Assembly: GCF_032191835.1 (NCBI RefSeq)
Contig: NC_083224.1
Coordinates: 123,504,001 to 123,568,000 of the forward strand
Origin: Heteronotia binoei
Taxonomy: Eukaryota
Length of the DNA stretch: 64,000 nt
Reading direction: 5' to 3'
The notes beneath the pieces are model-generated. The model saw only the letters and a program-made list of their open reading frames with translations, made no database searches and was not told the origin of the DNA. This document shows positions 23,698-36,123 of the stretch, in pieces (position 1 is the stretch's first letter; every line of letters begins with the position of its first letter). The position numbers and the translations under genes were made by a program.

Positions 23698-25443
23698 AGT
23701 AACATCTTTGAGGGTTAACACACAGCTAGGCCTGACTGGGAAAACATACAATTGTACCAACATTCCAGGCTAATCTTTAACATAAACATTACTTGAACCA
23801 TGCCTTACTGCATTTCTACTGTGTTTCTAGGTAGCAAGAGAGGCAGAAGGTTCTTATAGCCCATACTAGATTTATCTGGTCAAGGTAAACACATGCATAT
23901 TGAATTTCTTGCTACGCCACATTTTTCATCCAATGGACTGATGTCATGCTGGCAACTTTTATCAGTAGTGGGTTGCGAACTCTTGCAATGAAACTAGGCA
24001 GGATGTTGTAGCCAATTAGTACGTGTATATGATAACATGTGCCAAGTGTGTCATCAGAGTGTCATCAAGGGTATATAAGATTATAACCATTTTGAAAATT
24101 TCCAGAGTAGCTTGGTAATGCTGACTGTGGTCTAGCTCTGCTCTCAGTTTATTCTAATAAACGTTTTCCCTCCTTCTCCATCAGACTCCTCCGAGTGTTT
24201 CTGGTGGTCAAGAACACTTAGAGCACAAATTTGTATAACATAACACTATTTCTTCTTTCCCTCCTCCTGGCAGTCCCCATACCCTTATTGTTCCTTGCTT
24301 CTTTCTCTCCCTTCCACCCACTTACCTTTTATTTGCTCCCCCATTTTTAGCTATGTTTATTATGTTTATTTATATGCCACCTTTCTCCACAACAGGAACC
24401 AAAAGGAGCTTGCATCATGCCTTTCATTTCTGTTTTGCCCTCGCAAGAATCCTGTGAGGCATGTTAGGCTGAGAATGTATAACTGGTCCAAGGTTACCTA
24501 ATGAGAATCCCTGACAGAAGGCTGTCCTGTAAAGTTTTAATACATCTCTGGTATGTTGCTGCACTCAGCTGTGTTCTTTTGCTGGTTTTATTGGGTGCCC
24601 TGTCAGTTCTTGCTTGAAGAACACATCTCCCTTCCTCCCAGGCAGCTTCTGGCCTGCACCACCCAAAAAATCTGATATTTAAGGCTGGTGACCCAAAGGA
24701 AAAGTATGGGATTTGTATTGGGGGGGGGGCTACATATACAGAGGAATATCTAACAAAATTTTAGATCTTCCCTCTTGCAGAAGCAGAGGTGCATTCTGCT
24801 TGTTAAAAAAACATTTTTTTTCAAACCAGTTCACTGTATTTTATATTTTATTGTGGTTATGCACTTCCTGTTTTAAAGAATGACACTAAACTTCTTGAGT
24901 GTTTTCAGATAACACAAAGGGATCTAATTATCCTTAAAGATAACTTAAAATAACTTATTTGTACTAATTCATTTCAGTTGTATGCAAGTAGGTATTTTGA
25001 AATTATTTTTGTGCTGGTAATGTATAAACATAAGCATCTTTTTTCATAATTAAAACATGTTGAATTTTACATTGTAAGGTTTGGCTGTGATTAGATGCGG
25101 CTGTCACTCTTTTCTAGAGTTGTTTTGCTCTTATCTACTGAGAATACTAGAATGCTACTGAAGAATTATTACTAGTACATTGCAGGTAATAATGAATCAA
25201 TTATCGTTGTCCCCTGCTCCCAGACTGAAGATGAAGAAAAACTTTGGTGCATGAAGGTTTATTTCTACCATCTGCTTTATATTTTGAGGTTGCATAACAT
25301 CAACTTCAGTTTTCTGAAAGGTTGCCATGCACATTGTCATGAGTATAATGTTAGTCAAATTACATAGACTAAATGCTGAATCGTTTAAGCATATGGAACT
25401 AATTTACTTGCTTTCCCCCTCTCCTCATTGGCTTTTAAAAAAG

Positions 25444-25582
25444 NNNNNNNNNNNNNNNNNNNNNNNNNNNNNNNNNNNNNNNNNNNNNNNNNNNNNNNNN
25501 NNNNNNNNNNNNNNNNNNNNNNNNNNNNNNNNNNNNNNNNNNNNNNNNNNNNNNNNNNNNNNNNNNNNNNNNNNNNNNNNNN
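25444..25582. other. Assembly gap (139 N)
   Basis: Run of N. Confidence 1.
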
Positions 25583-26955
25583 TGGGGCTTCACTCTATTT
25601 TTTAATAGTCTCAGAATAAGAGTCAATGTGAATATAGCCTAGCAACTATACCATTCTAGGTAAAAACAATTGGTTTACCACATTTTTGCAGAAATGAATA
25701 TATGAAGGAAGTCCTGGTAACCTATTGTAGCAATCTGAATTTTAAGGGTTTTCAGATGCATTTCACAAGGACTGCGATGACAAAAGTCATGGAAAGAAGA
25801 AAGGAAAGAAACAGGCCAATAAATAGATTAGGATGCAGGGTAAAAAAATCTACATCTATCTACAAACTTGCCAGTTTCCTCCATATGGCACCCATTTTTC
25901 AAAATGTTTGACGATCAGATATTTGAAAATGCTTGTGTCAGATACTTAGTAGTTGCTTGCACTTAGATGTAAGTTCTCTCTAAATCTAATATAAGCATAT
26001 TAATATATTACATAGGCTAAATGCTGAATCATGCTTTAACGCACTTTTTCTTATATTTTCCCTGTGGTGCTGTGAAGCACTACCAGATGACCTATTTTCA
26101 TTGGGAAAGAATTTAAGGATTTCCAGTCACAAATCTCATGCCTACTTTAGCCTGATTCTGAAGAAGCCAAGTATTATCTCAGACCCTGGCTTATGGCTTG
26201 AATCCTACTGAAAATTTTGGTTGATGTATAGATTTTTTGTTAGTAGAGTGTTACCTTCTTGCCTCACCCCTCCCACAGTGACCCAACATGTTTCTTGAAA
26301 TGCTGCTCCTGGGGGAAGGGAAACTCTGGAACAGCAGAAAGGAGAATCAGAGTCTGGGCACAGGAGCAGGGAATTGGTGAATGTTACTTCCCATTCTGTC
26401 TGCAGAAGTATTCTGTGGAATTCAAACCATTGAGCTTCTCTTTATGTGTCAGTGACAAATAAACACCATCATGATCTGTTCTACACTGTTCTGTTTATAT
26501 GGTCAATTCAGATTTTTTTTTGTGATTCTTATTTTGATTTTTAGGGCCAAACTTCAGTTTATGATTTATACAAGTTCACTACAGGGACTTTATGGAATAC
26601 TGCAGCTGTGATTTCCCCAATGGCAACTGCTGTGTAAAAGCTCAGCAGCCTTATTCAAACTGGGACTGTGGCATTGCAGGGGGGGGGGCACTTCTGTGCT
26701 CTGCCTGTACTGCACATGCAGCCTCCTGATAGGGTAAATAACGTCCCCCAGGCTGTTTTGGTTCCCAAATATGGGTGGGTGGGGAGAATTGAGACCCTTC
26801 TGTTCGCCTGCAGTCCCAATCAGCTCAGGCCCCTGCTGCACTTTTATGCCACTAGAAACTTGCAGCTGCAATATGGCTGACAGTCCCAGTCGAAATCAGA
26901 CATGTGTGATAATCAAGTTTGGGAAAGGTTGGGAACTGTGGAAATGTGCACATCT

Positions 26956-27200
26956 GAGAGCCAGTGTGGTATGGTGGATAAGAGTGGCGGACTAGCTAGC
27001 AGAATGGGATTTGATTCCTCACTCCTATGCATGAAGCCTGCTGAGTAACATTGGGCAAATCACTGTTCTCTCAGAACTCTCTCAGCCTCACTTTCCTTAC
27101 AAAGTGCTTGTTGAACAGAGGAAGGGAAGGCAATTGTAAACCACTTTGAGACTCCTTAGGATAGAGAAAAGTGGGGTATAACCCCCCCTCGAAAATCTCT
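26956..27200 (+). mobile_element. Older copy of tRNA-derived SINE
   Basis: gagagccagtgtggtatggtgg...gatttgattcctcactcc...ctctctcagcctcac...gagaaaagtggggtata, similar to 23422-23697. Confidence 0.7.
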
Positions 27201-27230
27201 TCTGGTTAGATCCTGCCACTTCTCTAAACC

Positions 27231-27915
27231 CATGGCTGGCCTACCCACTAGGCAAACTAGGCATTTGCTTAGGGTGCCAGCAGGGTGGAGATGCTAAATT
27301 CGGCTTCCCCCCGCCCCCTAGGCAAATCCCTGTTTATGTCCTCCTCCTTCCCTTCTTCACAATTTTAATGCCCGGGAGCAAGTGATGAAGCACCACGCTC
27401 CTGGGCTCTTTAAAGGCTGACCCCCACCCCACCAATCAGCTAATTGTCGGGAAAAACTGCCCGGAGGCTGACAGTTTCTGTGTTCCTCCGGTGCACTCAT
27501 GACCAGCGCTGGGGGCAGCAGCCGTGAGCAAGCCGCTGAAAAAGTGCCGCCGCCATTGCCTCACCACTTCCTTCCTGGGTGTTGGAAGGAAGGGAGGAGG
27601 CAATGGCGCTGCTGCTTTTTCAGCAGGTCGCTCACCGCTGCTGCCCCCAGTGCTGATCGTGAATGCACCGGAGGGGCATAGGAGCTGCTAGCCTCCGTAC
27701 GGTTTTTCCCATTGATCAGCTGATCAGTGGGGAGGTCAGCCTTTAAAGAGCCTGGGAGAGCGACGCTTCACCACCCGTTCCTGGGCATTAAAATTGTGAA
27801 GAAGGTAGGGAGGAGGAGGTGCCACGTGGGGGGGGGGGCGCCACCACTCTGCGCCATGGAGGGTGGTGGAGGAGTGAGGCTGCCTGGGGCGCTTTGCGCC
27901 CTAGGGCTGGCCCTG
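27231..27915. mobile_element. hAT-type MITE with a ~480-bp internal palindrome
   Basis: Degenerate TIR catggctggccta / agggctggccctg; TSD tctaaacc / cctaaacc (7/8); 27340-27819 folds back on itself. Confidence 0.75.
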
Positions 27916-28495
27916 CCTAAACCTCTTATTCTCCTCTGGAGTCTCAAGAAAGTAGGCTGATTAGATTCCTGTCAGCTGATATTAACACTATTTCTGTCTG
28001 CTTAACACCTGTTTGTGTACTTTGTGGCCTGTTTGTATGTCCTGTCTTTCATTTCCTTTTCTGCAGGTACAAGTACATGCTCTGGCATATGACCTAATGG
28101 GCAGCATGTCCACATTCCCCAGGGCTAAGCCTGTCATTTTCTATGTATGTTAGACGACAATGGAGTAAACTACTAGATTTACCAGTATCTGAACTTGCCC
28201 AACAGTTTTAGAATTAATTGTGGCATACCCCTTTGGGAAAATGACCCTCCGTATAATACCTCTCTGTGGATTCTAGGTTGCCCTGGTGAAGAGTAAGGAA
28301 CTGGACTTCAGTCAGTAATACAGGCCATGGGTCAGTATTAAAGCATCGGCATTGTATTCATGAAGTCCCAGGTTAAATCCAGTTACAAGAATCAGGTAGT
28401 AGGTAGTATGGAAGACTTCTGCCTGACACCACAGAGAGCTGCTAATCATAGTATACCAGTGGTCTGATTTGGTAGGCAGCTCAAATAGTCTACAC

Positions 28496-28794
28496 CAGAG
28501 TTGGCCAAACTTGTTTAACATAAGAGCCTCATAGAATAGTTGTTGGAGTTGCAGTTGGAGAGCTGCAAGACAGGAAGGAAGGAAAGAAGGCAAATGGAAG
28601 GGTAAGGGAGGGAGAGTTGGGAAGAAAGCAACTTTAAAATGCATTCTCTAAGCCACTGGCTGGCTTGGAGAAGTGCATTAAAGAGACAAATACCTTCTAC
28701 CAGCTGGCTGATGGGGTAGTGGTAGCTTCAAAAGTCACACAATATGTGTGAAAGAGCCACATGTGGCTCCAGAGCCATAGTTTGGCCACCCCTG
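28496..28794. mobile_element. hAT (Charlie-like) MITE
   Basis: TIR cagagttggccaaact / agtttggccacccctg; TSD gtctacac / gtctacat. Confidence 0.8.
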
Positions 28795-29882
28795 GTCTAC
28801 ATGCAGTGCTTAAATAAGCCCCTCCCCCCAGCAACTTCATCTTTTCCTTCCTTCTAGGGCTGCTACTGCAACTGCACTATAGCTTGCTTTTCCCCAGCTC
28901 CCTCAGTGGCTCCTTGCTTCCTGCCTGCCTGCCTGCCACCCCCTCGCTTCTCTCTCACTCACTCAGGCATACACACATGCAGAGAGCTCCCTGGCTGCTT
29001 CCTGCTTTGTGCAGGAGAGAGAGACGAAGACAAGCCTCTCTCACACAGTACACACAGCTTCTTCCTTCTCAGGTACTGTGCCTCCTCTTTTTTGGGGGGT
29101 GGGGAGGAGTATAGAGGGAAAAAACAGCTTCAAGACCAACAATGTTTATTCCAGATATAAGCTTTTGAGCGCAAGCACACCTTCTCCTTCCTCCATCTCC
29201 TCCTTCTCCTGAGGGGTGGGTTTCTTTTTTTATAAAAGGGGAGGGGTCACTAAAGTGATAAAGATTGATCCTGCTTTTTTAGGGAGGCTTCCATTTTTAA
29301 CACACACACACCCCTCCCAAAAGAAAACCCTTCTTAATGCATTTTGCAAAAAAGGGACGGAGAGAGCTCCAGTCCAGTGGACTAGGAAGTTTTCAGTGGC
29401 TTTTAGGAGACTTTGATGTCTGTGGATTTACGGATGCAAAAAAAGAGGGGAGGAGGTGGAGGACAGAGAAATTTCTCTGAGTTTGTTTCTTGCTCTTTGG
29501 CCATGCAACTTCCCTGTTTACTTTGCACCCACTGAATTCTGTGCAATTGGAATAATATTTTGGAGAGGTCATGATTTGGGGGAGGTTTGGTGTGTGTGTG
29601 GTTTGATTGGGGAAGAGGGTAGGAAGCTTTCCCCCCTGGAGATTCCATTACCTATAGCCAGAAAATGCTAATTTTCCAGCAGAAGTAAAATCTTTGCTGG
29701 TGAAGTTGCAATGGCACAGAGGCAGTTTGGAGGAGTTTGAATTGCTTTCATTTTGCAAGCTGCAAGATTTCTTTTTGGGAGGTAGCAGCAAGCTGGAGGA
29801 AGCCAGAGTGTGGAAGGCTGCAGCTTTGGAGGAGAAGGTGGTAACTATAGAGAGGTGCTGATGGTGGAGAAGAAAATTATTT

Positions 29883-30282
29883 GCCCCCCTAGTCGAAATA
29901 AGAGACAGACACAAGTATTGGGTTTAAACCGGGCCGCTTTATTAAACTCAATTAATTTATGAACTCGGCAGGGGTAAGACCTATCCAGACAGGCCCCTGG
30001 GGTCACCCACGGACCCCGCCCTGTCAAAGGGCGAGCAACCCTGCCCCCAGCACAAACCCGCCATATTCGGGTTGTAACTGAGCGGCCAGGCCTCCAGCCT
30101 TTCTCCACCTGGGCTAGCATCGATCCCTCATGGAAAGATCCGCCGCAGGTGAGGCTCCCCGTGATCTGCATTCCCCGCACTGAGCCGTGTAGCCCATCTG
30201 CGGTTCATACAGACCACACGCACCAAAGGTGCTAGGCCATAGGTGCTCCCCTGAAACACTGTGGCCAACCCATCCCCGGCCA
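29883..30282 (-). repeat. Ngaro B2 repeat
   Basis: Identical by eye to 30637-31036; contains AATAAA on the minus strand. Confidence 0.93.
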
Positions 30283-30447
30283 GCGACCAACTTATAATCC
30301 ACCCCAAAACCTAACACTATCAGGCAGTACAAGGTAGGCGAAAAACAACTCCACATGGGCCAATTCCGCGGAGATGAAAAAATTCCTACCTGGCCCCCAA
30401 ACAGGGCGACCGGTTGAAACCTGTACTGCCAAGGGAGGGTGGGAGGG

Positions 30448-30636
30448 CAGAGAGCCAGGAAGACAGCCGCAATGAGTCGGGCGGGGCCAGGGCTTATATA
30501 GCCCTGGCGCCACGCCCCTCTCAAGCCCCGGATGGGCTGGGGCTGTCAAAGCCTGCTCTCCTTCTTCCAGGAGGGCAAATGCGGCCCCCAGCCCGAACGC
30601 CGGCGATGCCGGCTTGGCTGGGAAGGGCCGAGCCTT
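30448..30636 (-). repeat. Ngaro A2 repeat
   Basis: Identical by eye to 36124-36312; minus strand carries TATATAA followed by an Inr-like ctcatt. Confidence 0.93.
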
Positions 30637-31036
30637 GCCCCCCTAGTCGAAATAAGAGACAGACACAAGTATTGGGTTTAAACCGGGCCGCTTTATTAAA
30701 CTCAATTAATTTATGAACTCGGCAGGGGTAAGACCTATCCAGACAGGCCCCTGGGGTCACCCACGGACCCCGCCCTGTCAAAGGGCGAGCAACCCTGCCC
30801 CCAGCACAAACCCGCCATATTCGGGTTGTAACTGAGCGGCCAGGCCTCCAGCCTTTCTCCACCTGGGCTAGCATCGATCCCTCATGGAAAGATCCGCCGC
30901 AGGTGAGGCTCCCCGTGATCTGCATTCCCCGCACTGAGCCGTGTAGCCCATCTGCGGTTCATACAGACCACACGCACCAAAGGTGCTAGGCCATAGGTGC
31001 TCCCCTGAAACACTGTGGCCAACCCATCCCCGGCCA
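30637..31036 (-). repeat. Ngaro B1 repeat
   Basis: Directly abuts A2; identical by eye to B2. Confidence 0.93.
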
Positions 31037-31069
31037 CCGCCAATGCCAAGCCTCTGCTTAGGCATTAGC

Positions 31070-31810
31070 GCCCCAACGGGCGGCCCAGAGCCGACCGCAA
31101 ACCCTGCCGAATCTCCACCAAAAAGGCCCGGTTGCCCAACACTGACAGAGAACCCCCTCCGACCCGTATGGCCGGCTGGGGGAGGAAAATTCCCCAAGCC
31201 ATCTTCCATGGCTTTTTGTAGTGCCCTATTAGCCTTGCGCCTAGCGCGCTCGATCCCTCCAGGGGAAATGTAAGGTCACCTCCAACTCCAACCTGGCGAT
31301 CTAGCTGACCATATTAGGACCAGCCAAAGAGACAAGCCCTGGGGTCACCCCCGGACCCCGCCTTGTCCAAGGGCGAGCCACCCCGCCCCCAGCACAAGCC
31401 CGCCCGAGTCAGGTTGTTGCTGGGCGGCCAGGCCCAAGCCATTCACCACCTGGGCGTGCATCAATCCCCCATGGAAAGATCCGCTCGGTTAAGGCTTTCC
31501 CGTGATCTGCAGTCCCCGCATTGAGCCGTGTAGCCCATCTACGGTTCCTGCAGACCACCTGCACACTTGGTGCTAGGCCATGGGTGCTCCCCTGATACCG
31601 ACCAGGTGGATGACCAGTATTGCGGAGGAGGTGCCCTCCTCTCTCCGCACGGCAATGGCCCAACACAGGCCCCGACGACCCAGCCGTTCTTCCAACCGCC
31701 CCATCACTGACACCCAGCTGGGCGTCTGTTGGAGAGCACCCGGCATGATGGACCGCCCGAAACACCTTGCTGCGTCCGCAGATGATACCTCTCACTACGA
31801 GCCACAGCAC
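31070..31810 (-). pseudogene. Ngaro SGNH/GDSL hydrolase remnant, interrupted by a diverged B-like repeat
   Basis: IICGRSKVFRA (GHS block), WLGRRGLCW, ILVIHL, IERARRKANRALQK, and EGV(H)LSVLGNRAFL with a 1-bp deletion in the DxxH block. Confidence 0.75.
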
Positions 31811-31879
31811 CTGAAAAAACAGAAAATTGTCAAAACAAATAATGACCCACAGGCGCCTCCAACGCTGCCGTCTAGGTGA

Positions 31880-33330
31880 CCAACGGGTGCACCTTTCTTT
31901 TCCTTTTTAATAAAAGCTACCAACCGCCACAGGCCAACCGATTTTTTAACTTCCCAGGCCTGGGGCACCTGCCCCGCGGTATCACTCATAAACTCCATAA
32001 CCAACTCGCTAAACATAGCGCCGAAAGAAAATTGGAGGGCCATCAACGAGGCCGCATGATGCAGAGTGGCTCCGAAAAGGGGAGCTGCATAACCTGTGCC
32101 CCGAAACCGGCCCCCTATCCAGCGGTCCCGCGGTGCCCCCAAATGCCAGAATTGGGAAGCCGCTCTGTGGTATACCCCTCTACTAGCGGGTATTCTCCGC
32201 AGACCCATGAGCTATACTACCAAAGGCCAACACCGCCAGTCGGCCCTCAGTAAAGCTCGACCCCAGACCTCTCTCCTTCCAAAACAGGCAGAATGCCTAA
32301 TATGAGCTGTCGAGATCGGCCGGCCAGCCTGCAGCGCAGCGGCTCATTCCAACTGCCAGAATCGGGAACCCGCTCTATCCTAATCCCTCCTGGTGCCAGG
32401 CGTTAAAGCCAATCGAATGGCCCAACTAGCTTCAGCCTCCCAAGTTACCAGGGGTCCAGGGGCAATTGACTCATAGCGTCGCCAAGACGCCTCAAGTAAA
32501 AGGCCATGGGGGGGGGGCACTTTCCCTGCAAAGTTAAGGTGACCCACCACCAACTGCAATTCAAGCAGCAAGACTTTGCGGTGTTTTCTTAGGGCAGCCA
32601 ACCGGGCTTTAAGATCCGTTATTTCTGCCTCCGGCAGCCACAGCCGTTTGTGGGTACCCCACCCGATGCCTAAAAGGTAAACACCGAACTGGGCCCTACA
32701 GGCTCCAAATGTGTACCCCCAGCTTAATGGCTAAGTCCTGAAAGGAATGAAACCGTCTGGCGCATTACCCTGTGCCAGCAGGATCATTGAGCCCGGTTCT
32801 ATCCCGCAGCGCCCACTCAACAAAGGAACTGAAGCGCTGAAATGCAACGCTCCCGGAGGGCGTGATCCATATGGAAGGGCGCTATCCAGTAGCATTCGCC
32901 CTCTCAACAACAAACCCAGGAGCCCGAAAGCATCGTGATGCACTGGCAAGATACGAAATGCAGACTTGATGTCGCCTATCGCACTTTAGGCCCCACACAC
33001 AAACCCCCCTGGTCAAAGGAGATGTACCACACTGAACCCAATTCCTCGGGGGCGGCGCCCCTTTGGGTAGAACAGGTGATGAATGAGGCGATACTCCCCA
33101 GTCGCCTACCCAAGCACCACCCCATAAGCACCTCCCCCAAGGGAGATACCCGCGATATGGGTAAGACCCACCACTGACCGCCCGATAGAAGCCGAACAGG
33201 GGGAGGGGCCAAAGAAACCCCTCCACAAATATTGCCCGTCCGCTTTATATGGGTATTCCATCAATAAACTATTGAGTACCCTCACCTGAATGGGACTATT
33301 GACCGGCGCAGCCGTCACCGGGGTGCCTCC
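31880..33330 (-). pseudogene. Ngaro RT and tyrosine recombinase remnants with large deletions
   Basis: PVNSPIQVRVLNSLLMEYP, DIKSAFRILPVH and LELQLVVGHLNFAGKV (RT; YLDD and RNase H missing); AIRLALTPGTRR, FGAMFSELV and VGLWRLVAF (YR; HxxR block missing). Confidence 0.8.
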
Positions 33331-34790
33331 CCCCAGGCCAAGGCTCCGACCTGCCGCAAGCAGGAAGGGGATGAGGCCCGTTACAAAGTGGGAACCCGTG
33401 TCTGAGCATGCAAGGCTTTCCGTGGCCCGCTCGTTTCGAAGCGAACTCCCCGCATAACAGCCGGGACTGAACCGGCCGGCCCTCCGTGATACGGGCCCCT
33501 GCCGAAAGCTGCTGGTGTTGCCTATGTACGACGTGTCCGCTATCGGATCGATCCCCAATATTAGGCTTTGCCGGGGACATCAACCGTAGCCAAGCTGCTG
33601 GCTGACGTGGTCCTAGGGTAACCCAGGGTTAACAGCGGCCGTTGAGCGGAAGGCCTCGCTGTAGTGCAGCCATGCCGCGCCGCCGAAATTCCGTATACGC
33701 CCCCGCGATGGCGCCTGCCTAAATTAAAACGCTGGGCAACCCGATTGCCCCCGACCTATCCACCCGTAAGCACTTTAATTTTCTTCTTCCTTCCTGAGCC
33801 CGCTAAGGTGGGGAGGGCGGGATAGAAATAAAATTTATTATTATTATTATTATTATTCCTGTCGAGCTCGTCTGTACTCTTCTTTTCGAGCTCCCTGTGA
33901 AGTAGGCTGAACACGTCTACCACTCTCCCTGAAGAATTTAGACACGTGTAACGCCATTAAATGATCTCCCAGCGGCCACAAAGTGTCGCCATATGGTAGT
34001 ATGTGGAAAGGGTATGCAGGCATCAGGATTTAGAAGGTGAAACCACTCAACTCCTTGCCCCCTCGGCCACGTCCCTTCCATTTGTGTCAATGCAGGACCC
34101 CTTGGGGAGGGACGGCAACGTGGGAACTGCGTGCGCAACCGCCGGGACCCCCTGTAGACCGGGCACCTGGAATCCAGAGCTGCCTAAGTCAGACCCTTGT
34201 GGGGCAGAGCTCCTTGGGCCCCACGCCGCAAGGCAGCCCAGAACCCCCCTGCACAGCGGGTGTTCCCGGCCTTCCCGCGTCCCAAGCCCCGCTCCCTGTA
34301 CCCGGGGGGGGGAGGGGGGGTCCTAGAACAGGACCCCAGGGCCACCCAGGTGTCTGCTGCAACAAGATCTTACCACCTACGTCCAATGGCGTTCCAGACC
34401 CGCCAAGAGTCCGCTGCAACAAAATCTTACCAGCAACCTCCGATAGCGCTCGAGCCTGGCATGGCGTCTGTTGTACGCCGCAGCCATACACGCCGCTCAT
34501 CGGCTGTTCACCCGACGGACCCTCGCACGGGTCGGTGTCCTGTTCCGGCTCCAACAGTGGCTTGTGCCCCTGTAAGGCAGACAAACGAGCCAGCATCTCC
34601 GTTGCAAAAGTTAGGCACACCCCGCCCAGCAGAACTGCGATGCCCCTCCTTTATGGGCGCCCCATGGCGACCCACTACTGCTCTAGCGCCCCCAGTGCCA
34701 ATGATGGCCAGCCGGACCCGCTCCCTTTGGCCTGCCTCTTCAACAGACCAAGGCTGCTGACCCCACCCACATAACAGGCGGTCCGGTTGC
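33330..34790 (-). pseudogene. Ngaro gag remnant
   Basis: GEWVDVFSLLHRELEKK, YTEFGGAAWLHYSEAFRSTAAVNP and degenerate Cys/His knuckles (CPLCNGPHPLPAC-like). Confidence 0.75.
33797..33855 (+). mobile_element. Extremely 5'-truncated L2 (or L2-tail SINE) 3' end inserted in Ngaro gag
   Basis: agcccgctaaggtggggagggcgggatagaaataaaattt(att)n, flanked by the 6-bp TSD ttcctg; removal restores gag ELDRKEEE. Confidence 0.8.
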
Positions 34791-36123
34791 TAGCCTATGG
34801 AGCTTCCCAATCCCCTCTTAGGGGCCATGAGTATGACCTAATCCTGGCCACACACCACATTGGTCCCCAGAGTATGCTAATTTGAACCCCACCGACCACT
34901 AAGCCAGAGAAGGAGAGGTGGAGCGAAATGCGGCAAAGCCAGGCCCTAAACGGCCCCTATGTATGCCTGTCAGCACAATAAACAGGTGTATGGACCATCT
35001 TAATTATGGTTCCTGGAGCCTTAAAACTGATAGAGTCAGCTCAATTAACGGGGGGTATGGACCCTCATACTTATGATTCCAGGACCACTAAAAACAGATA
35101 CAATCAACCCAAGTAACCGGGGGTATGTACCATCTTATTTATACAGTCCTCACCACATGGGATATGCGGGGGGGGGGGGGTGTTGCCCAGAACCCCTGAG
35201 AGATCAAAATGGTCTATTCCGACCGGCTGCGGCTCACAAAGCTCTCAGATAGTTCCTACCAGTGCCTACTGCCTGCCCTATTTAAATGAGATGTCAAACG
35301 AACTTGGGCCTTCTGATTTGGCTACTCGCCACCGCGCCAAGATCCCACTCCTAGCCGCAGTAGAATAAATTGACCGCCGCGTGCGCGTGCGTGTGGGCTG
35401 CGCACAAAAGCCCCTAACCGCGCCTTAGTGCGCTTAAAACGAAATGGCCCCTCGCACGCGCCAAGGGCAGTGCACCTCCGGATTCGCTTTCCCGCCTTAC
35501 AAGGCCGCTCTGCTAAAATGGCCGCCTAGCGCACCATGTGGAGAGCACCCATTGCTTCACTTTGGCATCCAGACTCACCTAAAATGGCCGCCGCATGCTC
35601 TGCGGGCCATGCCCCGCCGCTATTGCTCTCAGCGACATTGATCACCCTCAGAGATGGCCAACGCCCCCTCACTCGGTCCCCCTTCCCAAGAACGGGACTT
35701 CACTTTGCCGCCCAAGGACGACCCCAGTTTAAAATGGCAGCCGCGTGCGCCTTGTGCCGAGCACAGGTATACCGATGCCTGGCAGGGAGAGGCCATCACC
35801 AACTTGACAGCAGCACGCCCTTAAAGCGTACGAGGCTTTCCTCTACCCCGGGACCTCCCGCCCTTCCAAGCGGACGCCGCGCCAGCTGCAGACCGGGCCC
35901 GGCTGCAGCCAGCCCCAACGGGTACCCCAAGCCCCAAAGAGACTCTCCCAATGCCGCCGCTTGCGCTTGGGCCCCCTGCACCTGCAGACAAACCGCGTTC
36001 CAAGCGATCACCGGCCGCTCGCGCTGTCTCAAACGCTTGCGCCGACGCTCCAGCACCCCACCGCAGATTTCCAACTTCGCAGACGATCTTCGCTGTCCTG
36101 ACGCCGCGCAAGAGGCTCTTCCT

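Noticed and set aside
28800-29880. CT/GA-rich, promoter-like or 5'UTR-like region next to the Ngaro insertion
   Set aside because: No CpG island, recognisable ORF or other support from sequence alone.
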